A DNA stretch of 30,387 bases from Chitinivibrionales bacterium (GTDB lineage: Bacteria; Fibrobacterota; Chitinivibrionia; Chitinivibrionales; WJKA01). Positions 17,050-26,866 of the stretch are shown here, one piece after another. Made by a program: the position numbers and the translations under genes. How positions within the stretch are numbered: position 1 is the first letter of the stretch; every line of letters starts with the position of its first letter. Below the pieces are notes generated by a model. That model searched no databases, was not told the origin of the DNA, and saw only the letters and a list, made by a program, of their open reading frames with translations. Where the stretch lies: positions 1-30,387 of the forward strand of contig JBBRUX010000047.1 of the NCBI GenBank assembly GCA_038247415.1, written 5' to 3'.

Positions 17050-18018
17050 ATGATGGAACCTGAAAAAAAGGCGACTGCTGCGGAATTACCTGCGGCACCA
17101 CCTGCAAAAAAACGAGGACGGCAAAGCGCCAACCCTGCCGATCCTAAAAAGGCCAAAGCTAAAACTGGTGCGATGAACATGAAACGCACCCAGTTTATCG
17201 CGGAAGAGGAATATCTTTCGATCTATCTCAAAGAGATCAGTCGTTATTCTCCCGTTAAATCCGAAGAAGAAGCACGGCTCGCATGCGCAATTAAAAAAGG
17301 TGATAAACAGTCCCTTGATAAGCTTGTAAAGGCAAATTTGCGTTTTGTGGTGAGCGTAGCCCGAAATTATCAGAATCAGGGGCTTGCTCTTTCCGATCTT
17401 ATTAACGAAGGCAATTTGGGCCTTATTCGCGCTGCAAAAAAGTTCGATGAAAAAAAGAATTTTAAGTTTATTTCATATGCGGTGTGGTGGATTCGTCAAG
17501 CCATTTTACAGGCCCTTGCCGATCAATCGCGTATTGTTAAGTTGCCCGTTAATCGCGTAGGCGTTATTCATCGAATCAGCAAAACCGAAGAAATGCTCGA
17601 GCAGAAATTTGGTCGACGGCCAGGTTTCGACGAAATTGCAGCTGAGCTCGATCTCGAAAAAGAGAGCGTGATCGATACCATGCGTATTGGTAATCGACAC
17701 ATTTCTCTGGATGCTCCTTTGCAAGATAACGACGATGCAAGTCTTCTGGATGTGTTGCGGGATAAGGAAACTCTCATTCCCGATGCTCAAATTGCTCAAT
17801 CATCGCTTAAAGAGGGTATTACTAAAAGTCTTAATACGCTCAATACGCGTGAACGAGAAATTCTTAAATTGTATTTTGGCCTCGACGGAGAAACTCCTCA
17901 TACACTCGATGAAATTGGTGAGCGTTTAAGCTTAACTCGTGAACGTGTTCGACAAATTAAAGAAACCGCGCTCTCACGGCTTAAGCAGCAGTTCCCTCAG
18001 GAATTGCTCGAAGACTAA
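17050..18018 (+). CDS. RNA polymerase sigma-70 factor, RpoD/SigA family (no region 1.1)
   Basis: YLKEI (1.2), [33 protein letters not shown] (2.3-2.4), [25 protein letters not shown] (4.2). Confidence 0.95.
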   Translation: MMEPEKKATAAELPAAPPAKKRGRQSANPADPKKAKAKTGAMNMKRTQFIAEEEYLSIYLKEISRYSPVKSEEEARLACAIKKGDKQSLDKLVKANLRFVVSVARNYQNQGLALSDLINEGNLGLIRAAKKFDEKKNFKFISYAVWWIRQAILQALADQSRIVKLPVNRVGVIHRISKTEEMLEQKFGRRPGFDEIAAELDLEKESVIDTMRIGNRHISLDAPLQDNDDASLLDVLRDKETLIPDAQIAQSSLKEGITKSLNTLNTREREILKLYFGLDGETPHTLDEIGERLSLTRERVRQIKETALSRLKQQFPQELLED

Positions 18019-18041
18019 GTAGTTTCTTCATATCGTTTGTG

Positions 18042-18075
18042 CAAAAGGCCCGCTTAGAGCGGGCCTTTTGTTTTT
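18042..18075 (+). terminator. Rho-independent terminator after the sigma factor gene
   Basis: CAAAAGGCCCGCT-TAG-AGCGGGCCTTTTG followed by TTTTT. Confidence 0.9.
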
Positions 18076-18173
18076 ATGGCAGACCCCCGTTTTATCCTGC
18101 AGTATTGTATTTTAAATCATTAGGAGAGAAATATAGTTTTAAGCGTTGTGGTGCTTACAAAAGGCATTGGTTC

Positions 18174-18860
18174 ATGCTTGACAAAGATGTTCTGTTAGAG
18201 AGGATAACCTCCCTTCAACAACGGGTTGCGCAAACGTGTAGCACTGCCGCGCGCAATCCCGAGCAGGTGACCCTTATAGCCGTTACAAAAACGCATCCTG
18301 TCGAGATTGCCAAGCTGCTTCTGGACTGTGGAATTTCTAATATCGGAGAGAATCGAGTGCAGGAAATTCTTGCAAAAGAGCCACTGCTTTCACAACCGCA
18401 TACTATGCATCTTATTGGGCATTTACAAACAAATAAGGTTAAAAAAGTAGTGCCGTATATTCAGTATATACATTCCATCGACAGCGTGCGGCTTATCGAT
18501 TCAATTGATGCATGCGAACTTCCTCATGGAAAAAAAATCCCCTCGCTGGTTGAGGTGAATACAACGCTCGAAGCATCAAAATCCGGATGTACACTTAAGG
18601 AGCATCGAGCGCTTGCAGAAAAAATTGCGGCAAGCAAAAATTGTGAGTTTCGGGGGTTTATGACTATTGGCCCTTTGGGCGGAAATGAAGTTGCTGTGCG
18701 TAAAGCCTTTGCTGTGTTGCGCACCTGTGCCGAAAAATCGTCGGACTTGGCAGATAGGCCACTTGAACTTTCTATGGGGATGAGCTCCGATTTTGAGTGG
18801 GCTCTTTGCGAGGGTTCAACCATGATTCGTTGTGGAACAATTCTTTTAGGGGATCGATAA
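18174..18860 (+). CDS. yggS: PLP homeostasis protein YggS
   Basis: LIAVTKT, GENRVQE, HLIGHLQTNK, LSMGMSSDF, GSTMIRCGT. The ORF-track start at 18039 runs through the terminator, so ATG 18174 is used. Confidence 0.95.
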   Translation: MLDKDVLLERITSLQQRVAQTCSTAARNPEQVTLIAVTKTHPVEIAKLLLDCGISNIGENRVQEILAKEPLLSQPHTMHLIGHLQTNKVKKVVPYIQYIHSIDSVRLIDSIDACELPHGKKIPSLVEVNTTLEASKSGCTLKEHRALAEKIAASKNCEFRGFMTIGPLGGNEVAVRKAFAVLRTCAEKSSDLADRPLELSMGMSSDFEWALCEGSTMIRCGTILLGDR

Positions 18861-18861
18861 T

Positions 18862-19101
18862 ATGGATTTTCGATGGTTTGGTCTTCTCTTGCATTTGTAT
18901 CAATTTGTTATTTTTGTTCGTGTTATTCTGTCGTGGGTAGCCGTCGATTGGAAACGAGGAATTCCTGGTTTTATCTTTGCAATAACAGAACCAGTCTTGG
19001 AACCTTTGCGTTCTTTTTTGCCGGGAAGAGGTATCGGGATGGACCTGAGTCCGCTCGTGATTATTGTAATTCTTGAAGTATTACTTTCTGTGTTTAAATA
19101 A
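18862..19101 (+). CDS. yggT: YggT family membrane protein
   Basis: RVILSWV...ITEPVLEPLR...DLSP. Confidence 0.92.
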   Translation: MDFRWFGLLLHLYQFVIFVRVILSWVAVDWKRGIPGFIFAITEPVLEPLRSFLPGRGIGMDLSPLVIIVILEVLLSVFK

Positions 19102-19154
19102 AAACTCGGGCTGCATTCTGCACTACGAGGCCGATTAATTCATGTGAGGAAAGG

Positions 19155-19724
19155 ATGCCCATGCGCATAACGCCGCTTGATATTCGTAAACAGCCGTTTC
19201 GCAAGGTCATGTGGGGTTTTGATCCCGATGAAGTTAATAGTTTCCTGGAAATGGTTGCTGGGGAGTTCGAAGCGCTCATAAAGCATAATAACGAGATAGC
19301 TACTGAGGCAAAGTCGGGAAGTGAAAAGCTTGAGACCTATCAAAAAATCGAAAAGGTTCTCAATCAAACGTTAATCACGGCACAAAAAGCAACCGACGAT
19401 GCGCGTGTGAATGCGCAACGCGAAGCAGACCTCATTATTAAAGATTCGCATATTCGCGCTGCCTCATTTGAAGATGAGTCGCGTCGCCGGGTTCATGATT
19501 TGCATAACGAATTGCTTATTCTTAAAAGTCAAAGGGATAGCTTCTTTTCCCGTTTTAAATCGCTTTTGGCTAACCAACTTTTACTCTTGGATACTTTATC
19601 CGATGATGTAAAATCGCTCGATTCCAATGAATCAAAAAAGGGGGTTAAGCCCCCTGTTCAGGAAACCCTTGCAGAAATAGATGCCGGAATCGGCATCTCT
19701 GCACCCGACGATAGTGTGGTATGA
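19155..19724 (+). CDS. divIVA: DivIVA domain coiled-coil protein
   Basis: ITPLDIRKQPFRKVMWGFDPDEVNSFL N-terminal signature; TLITAQK...A..EA coiled coil. Confidence 0.92.
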   Translation: MPMRITPLDIRKQPFRKVMWGFDPDEVNSFLEMVAGEFEALIKHNNEIATEAKSGSEKLETYQKIEKVLNQTLITAQKATDDARVNAQREADLIIKDSHIRAASFEDESRRRVHDLHNELLILKSQRDSFFSRFKSLLANQLLLLDTLSDDVKSLDSNESKKGVKPPVQETLAEIDAGIGISAPDDSVV

Positions 19725-19736
19725 GTAGTACTCAAC

Positions 19737-20024
19737 ATGAAGGCTGATAAGGTCACAACGCTTTGTGTAAAGATCAAACCGAATGCAAGCCGTGCAGGAA
19801 TTGTGGCACATAGCGATAGTGTAATAACAATTGCCCTGCGAGAGCCTCCTGTTGATGGAAAAGCAAATGCAGCGCTTATCGAATTGCTCCATTCGGTTTT
19901 AAAAGTTCCTAAAAAGGACGTTACGATTGTACGCGGAACAACCGGACGTCTTAAAATTGTGCGCATTGATAATCTTGACACTGCAGAAGTTTTTAAAATA
20001 CTAGCAAACGTAAAACCACTGTAA
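19737..20024 (+). CDS. DUF167 / UPF0235 (YggU-like) protein
   Basis: VKIKPNA, PPVDGKANAALI, IVRGTTGRLK. Confidence 0.92.
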   Translation: MKADKVTTLCVKIKPNASRAGIVAHSDSVITIALREPPVDGKANAALIELLHSVLKVPKKDVTIVRGTTGRLKIVRIDNLDTAEVFKILANVKPL

Positions 20025-20058
20025 AATAATTTTATTTATGGGAAAGGATATTAACAGT

Positions 20059-20898
20059 ATGAATAAGACATACGACATGATTGTTGAGGCAAAGCGATTT
20101 ATCGAAGGCAAAAGTACTATTCGTCCAGAAATAGGCATTATTCTTGGAACCGGCCTCGGACAATTGGTAGACTCTATCGACATCGAAAAAGAAATACCCT
20201 ACGAACAGATTCCCCATTTTGGACAATCTACTGTGGAGTCGCATGCTGGTAAGCTTATTATGGGAACTCTTTCGGGAAAACCTGTTATGGCTATGCAGGG
20301 ACGTTTTCATTATTACGAAGGGTTTACTCTGCAGCAGGTTGTGTTTCCTGTTCGTGTTATGAAATTCATGGGAGCACATACGCTTATTGTTTCGAATGCG
20401 TGCGGAGGAATAAATCCGCTTTTTAAACCTGGCACCATTATGGCAATTACCGATCATATCAATTTGTTAAGTGATAATCCGCTTATTGGAAGTAACGATA
20501 ACCGCATTGGCCCTCGTTACCCCGATATGTCGGAACCGTATAGCAACGACCTTGTAAATCTAGTTTCTAAAGTTGCTCTGGAAAGTGGTATTCGAATCGA
20601 ACGTGGTGTGTACGCTGCTATGAGCGGCCCGTGCCTCGAGACAAAAGCAGAATATCGTATGCTCAAGACACTTGGAGCCGATGTAATTGGCATGAGCACT
20701 GTGCCTGAAGTTATTGCTGCGGTTCATTGTGGTCTAAAAGTTCTTGGATTGTCGGTGATTACCGATTCGTGTTTGCCCGATGCGCTTGAGGCCGCCGACA
20801 TAAGCAAAATTATTGAAATTGCTTCTGAAGCTGAACCCAAACTTGTTACCATTATCGAAAAAGTGCTTCTGGAAATAGGTTCCAATAAAGCACACTGA
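20059..20898 (+). CDS. punA: Purine-nucleoside phosphorylase (trimeric family)
   Basis: GIILGTGLG, STVESHAG, QGRFHYYEG, SNACGGINP, GPCLETKAE, GMSTVPE. Start is 20059 (after AAGGA) or 20038. Confidence 0.93.
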   Translation: MNKTYDMIVEAKRFIEGKSTIRPEIGIILGTGLGQLVDSIDIEKEIPYEQIPHFGQSTVESHAGKLIMGTLSGKPVMAMQGRFHYYEGFTLQQVVFPVRVMKFMGAHTLIVSNACGGINPLFKPGTIMAITDHINLLSDNPLIGSNDNRIGPRYPDMSEPYSNDLVNLVSKVALESGIRIERGVYAAMSGPCLETKAEYRMLKTLGADVIGMSTVPEVIAAVHCGLKVLGLSVITDSCLPDALEAADISKIIEIASEAEPKLVTIIEKVLLEIGSNKAH

Positions 20899-21013
20899 TT
20901 TTTCTTAGTAAGGTAAGCCTTTTGCGTTTGGTCAAGATACCAATCCCCCTTGTTTTGGGTTTACTTAAATATATTCGATGCTATGAGTTTTGATAACAAC
21001 CATTAGGATGATT

Positions 21014-24000
21014 ATGACACAGGATAAAAGTACTCGTTCTGTTTTTAAGCCGATTTCTGCCCACGTGAATTTTCCCGACGTAGAACACGAAGTGCTCGCG
21101 TTCTGGAAAAAAGACAATATCTTTAGCAAGTCATTGGCAGCGCGCGCTCATGCCCCTTCGTATTCATTTTACGATGGGCCTCCGTTTGCAACGGGACTTC
21201 CTCATTATGGACATTTGGTAGGCGGAACGCTTAAAGATATTGTTCCTCGGTACTGGACAATGCGCGGTTATTCTGTGCCTCGGCGCTTTGGGTGGGATTG
21301 TCATGGGCTTCCTATCGAAAGCCTTGTGCAAAAAGAACTCGGACTTGCATCTGTCAAAGAAATCCGTGAATATGGTATTGGTAAATTTAATGAGGTGTGC
21401 CGCGCGAATGTGCTCAAGTATGTTTCCGAATGGCGCAAAACCGTAGAGCGTATGGGTCGGTGGGTAGATTTTGACAATGATTACAAAACGATGGACGTTT
21501 CATATATGGAGTCTGTCTGGTGGGTATTTAAGCAGGCGTTTGACAAGGGCCTCATGTACCAAGATTATCGTGTGCAACCGTACTCCCCGGCGCTTGCTAC
21601 ACCCCTCTCTAATTTCGAAGTAAATCAGGGTTATAAAGATCGTCAAGATCCTGCTGTAACGGTTTCGTTTCCGCTTGTTGGCACAGATGAATCCTTTCTT
21701 GTATGGACAACAACTCCCTGGACACTTCCGTCTAACCTTGCTGTTGCAGTTCATCCTGAATTAGACTATGTAAAGGTTGATTTAGAAGGAAAATTGTACT
21801 GGGTTGCAGCTTCGCGTAAAGAGGTCGTAGCTGGTGACGTGCCGGTACTTGCAACAAAAAAAGGCGCAGAATTTGTGGGGCTTTCTTATATGCCACTTTT
21901 TACCTTTGTCCCTTTACAGAGCTCAAAACAATACACTTTTATTGCTGGATCATTTGTTACCGATACCGATGGCACTGGTGCTGTGCATATCGCTCCAAGC
22001 TTTGGGGAAGACGACTTTATCGTAGGGCGAACTCATGGTCTTGGATTATTTGATCCCTTAGATTCCGAGGGCAAATTTACAGAGCTGGTTAAGCCATGGC
22101 TTGGCATAGAAGCAAAAGAAGCCGACAAGGCTATTATTAAAATGCTCAAAGATCAGGGGCGGGTATTTAAGCATGAGACTATTGTTCATAGTTATCCGCA
22201 TTGCTGGCGCACGGGTGTTCCTCTTTTGTATAGGGCTTTAAAAACTTGGTTTTTAGGGGTCGATGTGCCCGTTTCCAATGAGCAAGGCATTAAAAAACCT
22301 TTAAAAGAGTGGATGATAGAAAATAACGCAACAATCCGATGGGTTCCCGAGCATATTAAAGAGGGACGTTTTGGAAAATGGCTTGCAGGTGCGCGCGATT
22401 GGAACCTTGGTCGCAATCGGTTTTGGGGTACGCCAATTCCTGTTTGGATTGCAGACGATGGGGATATGATCTGCGTTGGATCATGCGCTGAACTAGCTGC
22501 TCTTACGGGTAAACCTGTAACCGATTTGCATTTACACATGATTAGCGATCTGGTGATACATACAAACGATAAAAAGAGTTTTGATCCCTCGGGAAAACAA
22601 TATAAGGTTTCTGGCGAGGTTCTCGACTGCTGGTTTGAGTCGGGTTCTATGCCGTATGCTCAAAATCATTATCCCTTCGAAAATAAAGAAAAATTTGCAC
22701 AATCGTATCCTGCAGATTTTATTGCAGAAGGGTTAGACCAGACTCGTGGTTGGTTTTATACGTTAACGGTACTGGCGGCAGCGCTGTTTCAAAAGCCTGC
22801 TTTTAAAAATGTCATTGTTAATGGAATTATTCTTGCCGAAAACGGACAAAAGATGTCTAAAAGTTTGCGCAACTATACGCCCCCCGACGACATGATGGAA
22901 CGCCTGGGTGCCGACTCTATGCGATTATTTCTCATCAATTCCCCGGCAGTGTATGCAGAGGATCTCCGCTTTTCCGATGCAGGGGTCTCCGAAATGGCGC
23001 GCGCAGTGTTGTTGCCATTCTGGAATGCCTATTCATTTTTTGTAACCTATGCTAATGTCGACGGGTTTACCCCCAAAGGTGAAGTTTGGGAAGGTAGTGA
23101 AAACGAACTCGATCGATGGATTGTTTCTCTTTTTAATCACATGGTCGCATCGGTTAATGCCGAAATGGAAGCGTATCGACTTTTTAAAGTGGTGCCATTG
23201 CTGGTTGATTTTATCGACAACCTTACCAACTGGTATGTTCGTCGCAGCAGACGGAGATTCTGGAAGAGTGAAAATGATGGCGATAAAATATCGGCTTATC
23301 AGACCCTTTATTATGTGTTAACCCAATTTTGCAAGATTATGGCTCCATTTCTTCCGTTTTGTACCGAGTCCATTTATCGCAATCTTGCATCTGTATGCGC
23401 TAAAACACCCGATGTGTCGGTACACTTATGCGATTATCCTGTTTCAGACACACGGTATATTAACACCGACCTCGAAATGCGGATGGCACTGGTTCGACAG
23501 GCCGTTTCTATGGGGCGAACCCTTCGTTCTCGTTACACTATTAAAAATCGCCAGCCACTAGACTCCGTTACCATTGTGGTAACCGATGAGAAAAAGCGAG
23601 CGATGCTTTTGGGAATGTCCGACTTAATTGCCGATGAGCTCAATGTAAAGCATGTTGTTTTTGAGGCAGATGAGGACGCAGTTGTCACCCTGAGTGCGAA
23701 GGCAAATTTTAAAAAGCTCGGGAAATTATTTGGGCCATCCATGAAAACCGCTGCTGCACACATCGAAACATTAGATCCCGAAAGCATCCGGATGCTTGTG
23801 CAGGGTGGATCGGTAACGGTGCTCGATAAAACGGTTATGTTTGATGATATTGAAGTGCGCCGTCAGAAAAAAGATGGCGTAGAAGTAGAAACAGTGGGAG
23901 AGCTCACGGTTGCTCTCGATACAACTATTTCGTCAACGCTTCTTGCAGAAGGTCACGCCCGTGAATTTGTTAATCGCATACAAAATATTCGAAAAACCAG

Positions 24001-24193
24001 AAATTATAATGTATCCGATAGAATTTCTGTTGTGTGCATGTGTCCTGCAGAGTTAGCGATGTCGCTTGTTCTGTTTAGCGACTACATAAAAGCTGAAGTA
24101 CTGGGGATATCGTTGGTCTTTGAAGATGTTGTCGACGGTGAACCAATTGAAGTTGCGGATAGTGCTGCAACAGTGCGTGTGGCAGTGGTATGA
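21014..24193 (+). CDS. ileS: Isoleucine--tRNA ligase, type 2
   Basis: FYDGPPFATGLPHYGH, GWDCHGLP, WTTTPWTLPSN, DGTGAVHIAP, EGLDQTRGWFY, KMSKS, NWYVRRSRRRFW; no C-terminal zinc finger. Start is 21008 or 21014. Confidence 0.97.
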   Translation: MTQDKSTRSVFKPISAHVNFPDVEHEVLAFWKKDNIFSKSLAARAHAPSYSFYDGPPFATGLPHYGHLVGGTLKDIVPRYWTMRGYSVPRRFGWDCHGLPIESLVQKELGLASVKEIREYGIGKFNEVCRANVLKYVSEWRKTVERMGRWVDFDNDYKTMDVSYMESVWWVFKQAFDKGLMYQDYRVQPYSPALATPLSNFEVNQGYKDRQDPAVTVSFPLVGTDESFLVWTTTPWTLPSNLAVAVHPELDYVKVDLEGKLYWVAASRKEVVAGDVPVLATKKGAEFVGLSYMPLFTFVPLQSSKQYTFIAGSFVTDTDGTGAVHIAPSFGEDDFIVGRTHGLGLFDPLDSEGKFTELVKPWLGIEAKEADKAIIKMLKDQGRVFKHETIVHSYPHCWRTGVPLLYRALKTWFLGVDVPVSNEQGIKKPLKEWMIENNATIRWVPEHIKEGRFGKWLAGARDWNLGRNRFWGTPIPVWIADDGDMICVGSCAELAALTGKPVTDLHLHMISDLVIHTNDKKSFDPSGKQYKVSGEVLDCWFESGSMPYAQNHYPFENKEKFAQSYPADFIAEGLDQTRGWFYTLTVLAAALFQKPAFKNVIVNGIILAENGQKMSKSLRNYTPPDDMMERLGADSMRLFLINSPAVYAEDLRFSDAGVSEMARAVLLPFWNAYSFFVTYANVDGFTPKGEVWEGSENELDRWIVSLFNHMVASVNAEMEAYRLFKVVPLLVDFIDNLTNWYVRRSRRRFWKSENDGDKISAYQTLYYVLTQFCKIMAPFLPFCTESIYRNLASVCAKTPDVSVHLCDYPVSDTRYINTDLEMRMALVRQAVSMGRTLRSRYTIKNRQPLDSVTIVVTDEKKRAMLLGMSDLIADELNVKHVVFEADEDAVVTLSAKANFKKLGKLFGPSMKTAAAHIETLDPESIRMLVQGGSVTVLDKTVMFDDIEVRRQKKDGVEVETVGELTVALDTTISSTLLAEGHAREFVNRIQNIRKTRNYNVSDRISVVCMCPAELAMSLVLFSDYIKAEVLGISLVFEDVVDGEPIEVADSAATVRVAVV

Positions 24194-24837
24194 GTGTGAA
24201 TACTTCAAAAAATATATTTTCTGTAAATTTTGTAGCTCAGTTTAGAAATTGTGCGGCGTGGGCAATTGGAGTTTCGGTTCTTGTTGGTTGTAGTATTCTT
24301 ATGGGCTGTACCGAAAAGAAGAAACAAACCGCACCCATTGCAGAAGGTATTCCCGAACTCGCTCAAATTATCAATAATTCTTTTATGACTTACTACGACG
24401 GCCCGCATAAGCAGTGGTCTTTGGCTGCAAAAAAAATGTGGAAAACAATGGGGGATTCTGGGCGGATTGTTGGGTATCCTGTTCTTTTGACTGTATACGA
24501 CAGTCTTGGACATAAGGTAACCACCGTACTTGCCGACACCGGCACAACAACGTCCCGTCAGGATACCTTTGTGGTATGGGGCAATGTGCGGGTGTCAACG
24601 CAAGAGGGCTTGGTAGTTCGATCCGAAAAGATCTGGTGGTCTCAAAAAATCCACAGAGTTTATTCCGATACCTATGTTATGGTTACAACCAATAAAGGTG
24701 ATGTGATGCGGGGAAAAGGGCTTGACGCCGACGAAGGTTTTTCGCATTGGTCATTTTTATCGGAAGTTTCTGGCCGGTTTCCCAAATTTCGTGAACGCAT
24801 GGAAAATGAAGAAAACTTTTTTGGGGAAAAACCATGA
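24190..24837 (+). CDS. lptC: LPS export periplasmic protein LptC
   Basis: N-terminal anchor, beta-rich body (ADTG, GNVRV, SEKIWW, YSDTYV, GKGLDAD), and position ahead of OstA-like and lptB genes; ATGA coupling. Confidence 0.82.
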   Translation: MSVNTSKNIFSVNFVAQFRNCAAWAIGVSVLVGCSILMGCTEKKKQTAPIAEGIPELAQIINNSFMTYYDGPHKQWSLAAKKMWKTMGDSGRIVGYPVLLTVYDSLGHKVTTVLADTGTTTSRQDTFVVWGNVRVSTQEGLVVRSEKIWWSQKIHRVYSDTYVMVTTNKGDVMRGKGLDADEGFSHWSFLSEVSGRFPKFRERMENEENFFGEKP

Positions 24838-25955
24838 GAAGTGTTCTTCTTTTATGTGTCTTTGCTTGTATGGTCTTTGCAAAGAGTTCGTCTACCCCAA
24901 AGACCGTTCCCTCAAAAGGTACCGACCTTATTTTGCAAAGCGCCGGATCAAACGAGAATACTTTTGTCAATGGTGAGCTTGTAAGCGTTTTGCGCAAGAA
25001 TGTTGTTTTTAAATACGATGATCTTACGTTTAAATCGGAATCGGCAACCTGGTGGCGCACCAAAGGAATTGTTCAGTTTACCGACAAAGTATTTGCTTCT
25101 CGAAAAGGACAGTCGCTCTTGTGTAATAGCATGCGCTACGAACGCAGCCGCGACGACCTTACTGCAACAGGAAATGTTCAATATTGTGATTCTGTAAAGA
25201 ATCTGTCTGTCAAGGGCGATCGCTGCCGATACGATCTAAAATCGAAACAGTGTTATTTAGACGGAAATCCTAAGGTCATACAAATCGATACGTCAATAAC
25301 GCCAGTCGAAACGCTCTCGATAGTTGCTGCGTCAATGATCTACGATGATTCTCTTAAGAGGGTGAATGCGAACACGAGCATTATCCTTAATAAGGGCAAG
25401 CTTAAAACAACGTGTGATAGTGCTCAATACGATTCTAAAAGTGGTGTTGCAAAGCTTCGCATTCTGCCTAAAATGTATTATGATGAACAGCAACTCAAAG
25501 GAGATTCGGTAGATCTGCTTTTTAGAAATGATACTTTGCGTAATGCGATTATCAGTGGCAATGCAGATGGTTTATATGTAGAGATCGATAAGCGCGACAC
25601 TTCAAGAACAGTAGTATTGGGAGATAGCATGGCGCTTGCGATTTCACCCGATGGTTTTATGGATTCTGTACAAGTGTATCGCAATGTGCGAAGTACCTAT
25701 ACCCACACTGCAAATACAAAAGCTCAAAACAAGGTTACCGGCAAAGAAATGCTCGTATCATTTGCCGATTCGAGTAAGATAAAGCAAGCCAAAGTATATG
25801 GCAATGCGGTTTCGAATTATACCATCGAAGAAAATAATGCTGCTACCGGTACGAATATGGCTAGCGGCGATACTCTTGCAGTATGGTTTAATGAGGGAAA
25901 AGCAACGCGATTACGAGTTTTGGGGAGTGTTCGAGGAACGTATCATCCACAATAG
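24834..25955 (+). CDS. OstA/LptA-like beta-jellyroll protein (multi-domain)
   Basis: Signal peptide; repeated ATGNV / LDGNPKV / KGDSV / ISGNA / VYGNA motifs; lies between lptC and lptB. Confidence 0.8.
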   Translation: MRSVLLLCVFACMVFAKSSSTPKTVPSKGTDLILQSAGSNENTFVNGELVSVLRKNVVFKYDDLTFKSESATWWRTKGIVQFTDKVFASRKGQSLLCNSMRYERSRDDLTATGNVQYCDSVKNLSVKGDRCRYDLKSKQCYLDGNPKVIQIDTSITPVETLSIVAASMIYDDSLKRVNANTSIILNKGKLKTTCDSAQYDSKSGVAKLRILPKMYYDEQQLKGDSVDLLFRNDTLRNAIISGNADGLYVEIDKRDTSRTVVLGDSMALAISPDGFMDSVQVYRNVRSTYTHTANTKAQNKVTGKEMLVSFADSSKIKQAKVYGNAVSNYTIEENNAATGTNMASGDTLAVWFNEGKATRLRVLGSVRGTYHPQ

Positions 25956-25967
25956 GGAAAGCTATTC

Positions 25968-26822
25968 ATGACATCAGAGATATCAGGCCACGGAGAAGGA
26001 AAATCGCACGATGTAGAGAATGTTATTGTAGAGAGCAGTGAACCTTTACAGGAACCTGCACACGATGCATCGTCGATCTTTGTGGCACCGCATGGTCAAC
26101 GAATTATTAAAACCGAAGAGCTTGTCAAAAAATATGGGAAGCGCACGGTTGTCAATGGTGCATCTATTACGGTGAGTCAAGGAGAAATCGTAGGGCTTTT
26201 GGGGCCCAATGGCGCAGGTAAAACAACAACGTTTTATATGATTGTAGGAATGGTTCGGCCAAATCATGGTCGCATTTTTCTCGATGGAAAAAATATTTCT
26301 CGTAAAGCAATGTATAAGCGCGCCCGTATGGGCATTGGCTATCTTCCACAAGAACCCTCGATTTTTCGTACGCTCTCGGTAGCCGATAACATCATGGCAA
26401 TTCTCGAAACACAACCCTTGGGTCCTAAAAAGCGTAAGGAGAGAATGGACCAGCTTCTCGAGGAGCTCAATGTCGCTCATTTACGAAATAGTTTGGGATA
26501 TATGCTCAGCGGCGGAGAGCGTCGTCGCGTTGAAATAGCTCGAACACTGGCAATCTCCCCCGATTTTATTCTGCTTGATGAACCCTTTGCAGGCGTTGAC
26601 CCCATTGCCGTTGAGGATATCCAATCTATTATTGCTGAATTGCGGACAAAAGGATATGGGGTTCTTATAACCGATCATAACGTTCGCGAAACCCTACGCA
26701 TTACCGATAGAGCATATATCATGAATTTTGGAAAAATCATGATTGCAGGAACAGCGCGCGAGCTTGCAGATAATCCTGAGGCGAGAAGGATTTATTTAGG
26801 GCAGAGCTTTAAGCTTGACTAA
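25968..26822 (+). CDS. lptB: LPS export ABC transporter ATP-binding protein LptB
   Basis: GEIVGLLGPNGAGKTTTFYM, GIGYLPQEPSIFR, LSGGERRRVEIAR, LLDEPFAGVDPIAV, LITDHNVRETL, YLG..F.L C-terminus. Confidence 0.97.
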   Translation: MTSEISGHGEGKSHDVENVIVESSEPLQEPAHDASSIFVAPHGQRIIKTEELVKKYGKRTVVNGASITVSQGEIVGLLGPNGAGKTTTFYMIVGMVRPNHGRIFLDGKNISRKAMYKRARMGIGYLPQEPSIFRTLSVADNIMAILETQPLGPKKRKERMDQLLEELNVAHLRNSLGYMLSGGERRRVEIARTLAISPDFILLDEPFAGVDPIAVEDIQSIIAELRTKGYGVLITDHNVRETLRITDRAYIMNFGKIMIAGTARELADNPEARRIYLGQSFKLD

Positions 26823-26824
26823 AT

Positions 26825-26861
26825 GCTAGGCCGCCTAACGCATGCTTTAGGTGGCTTTAGC
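26825..26861. terminator. Imperfect hairpin between convergent lptB and the ferritin-like gene
   Basis: GCTAGGCCGCCTAA...TTAGGTGGCTTTAGC; no clear U-tract on either side. Confidence 0.4.
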
Positions 26862-26866
26862 TACCC

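Noticed and set aside
18039..18173. N-terminal extension of YggS in the ORF track
   Set aside because: It runs through the sigma-factor terminator, and homology starts near ATG 18174.
20899..21013. T-box riboswitch upstream of ileS
   Set aside because: The gap is only about 115 nt and lacks the T-box motif and a terminator.
26833..26855. GCCTAAC...TTTAGGT as an integron attC site
   Set aside because: Far shorter than attC sites, the right end is not GTTRRRY, and there is no integrase or cassette context.
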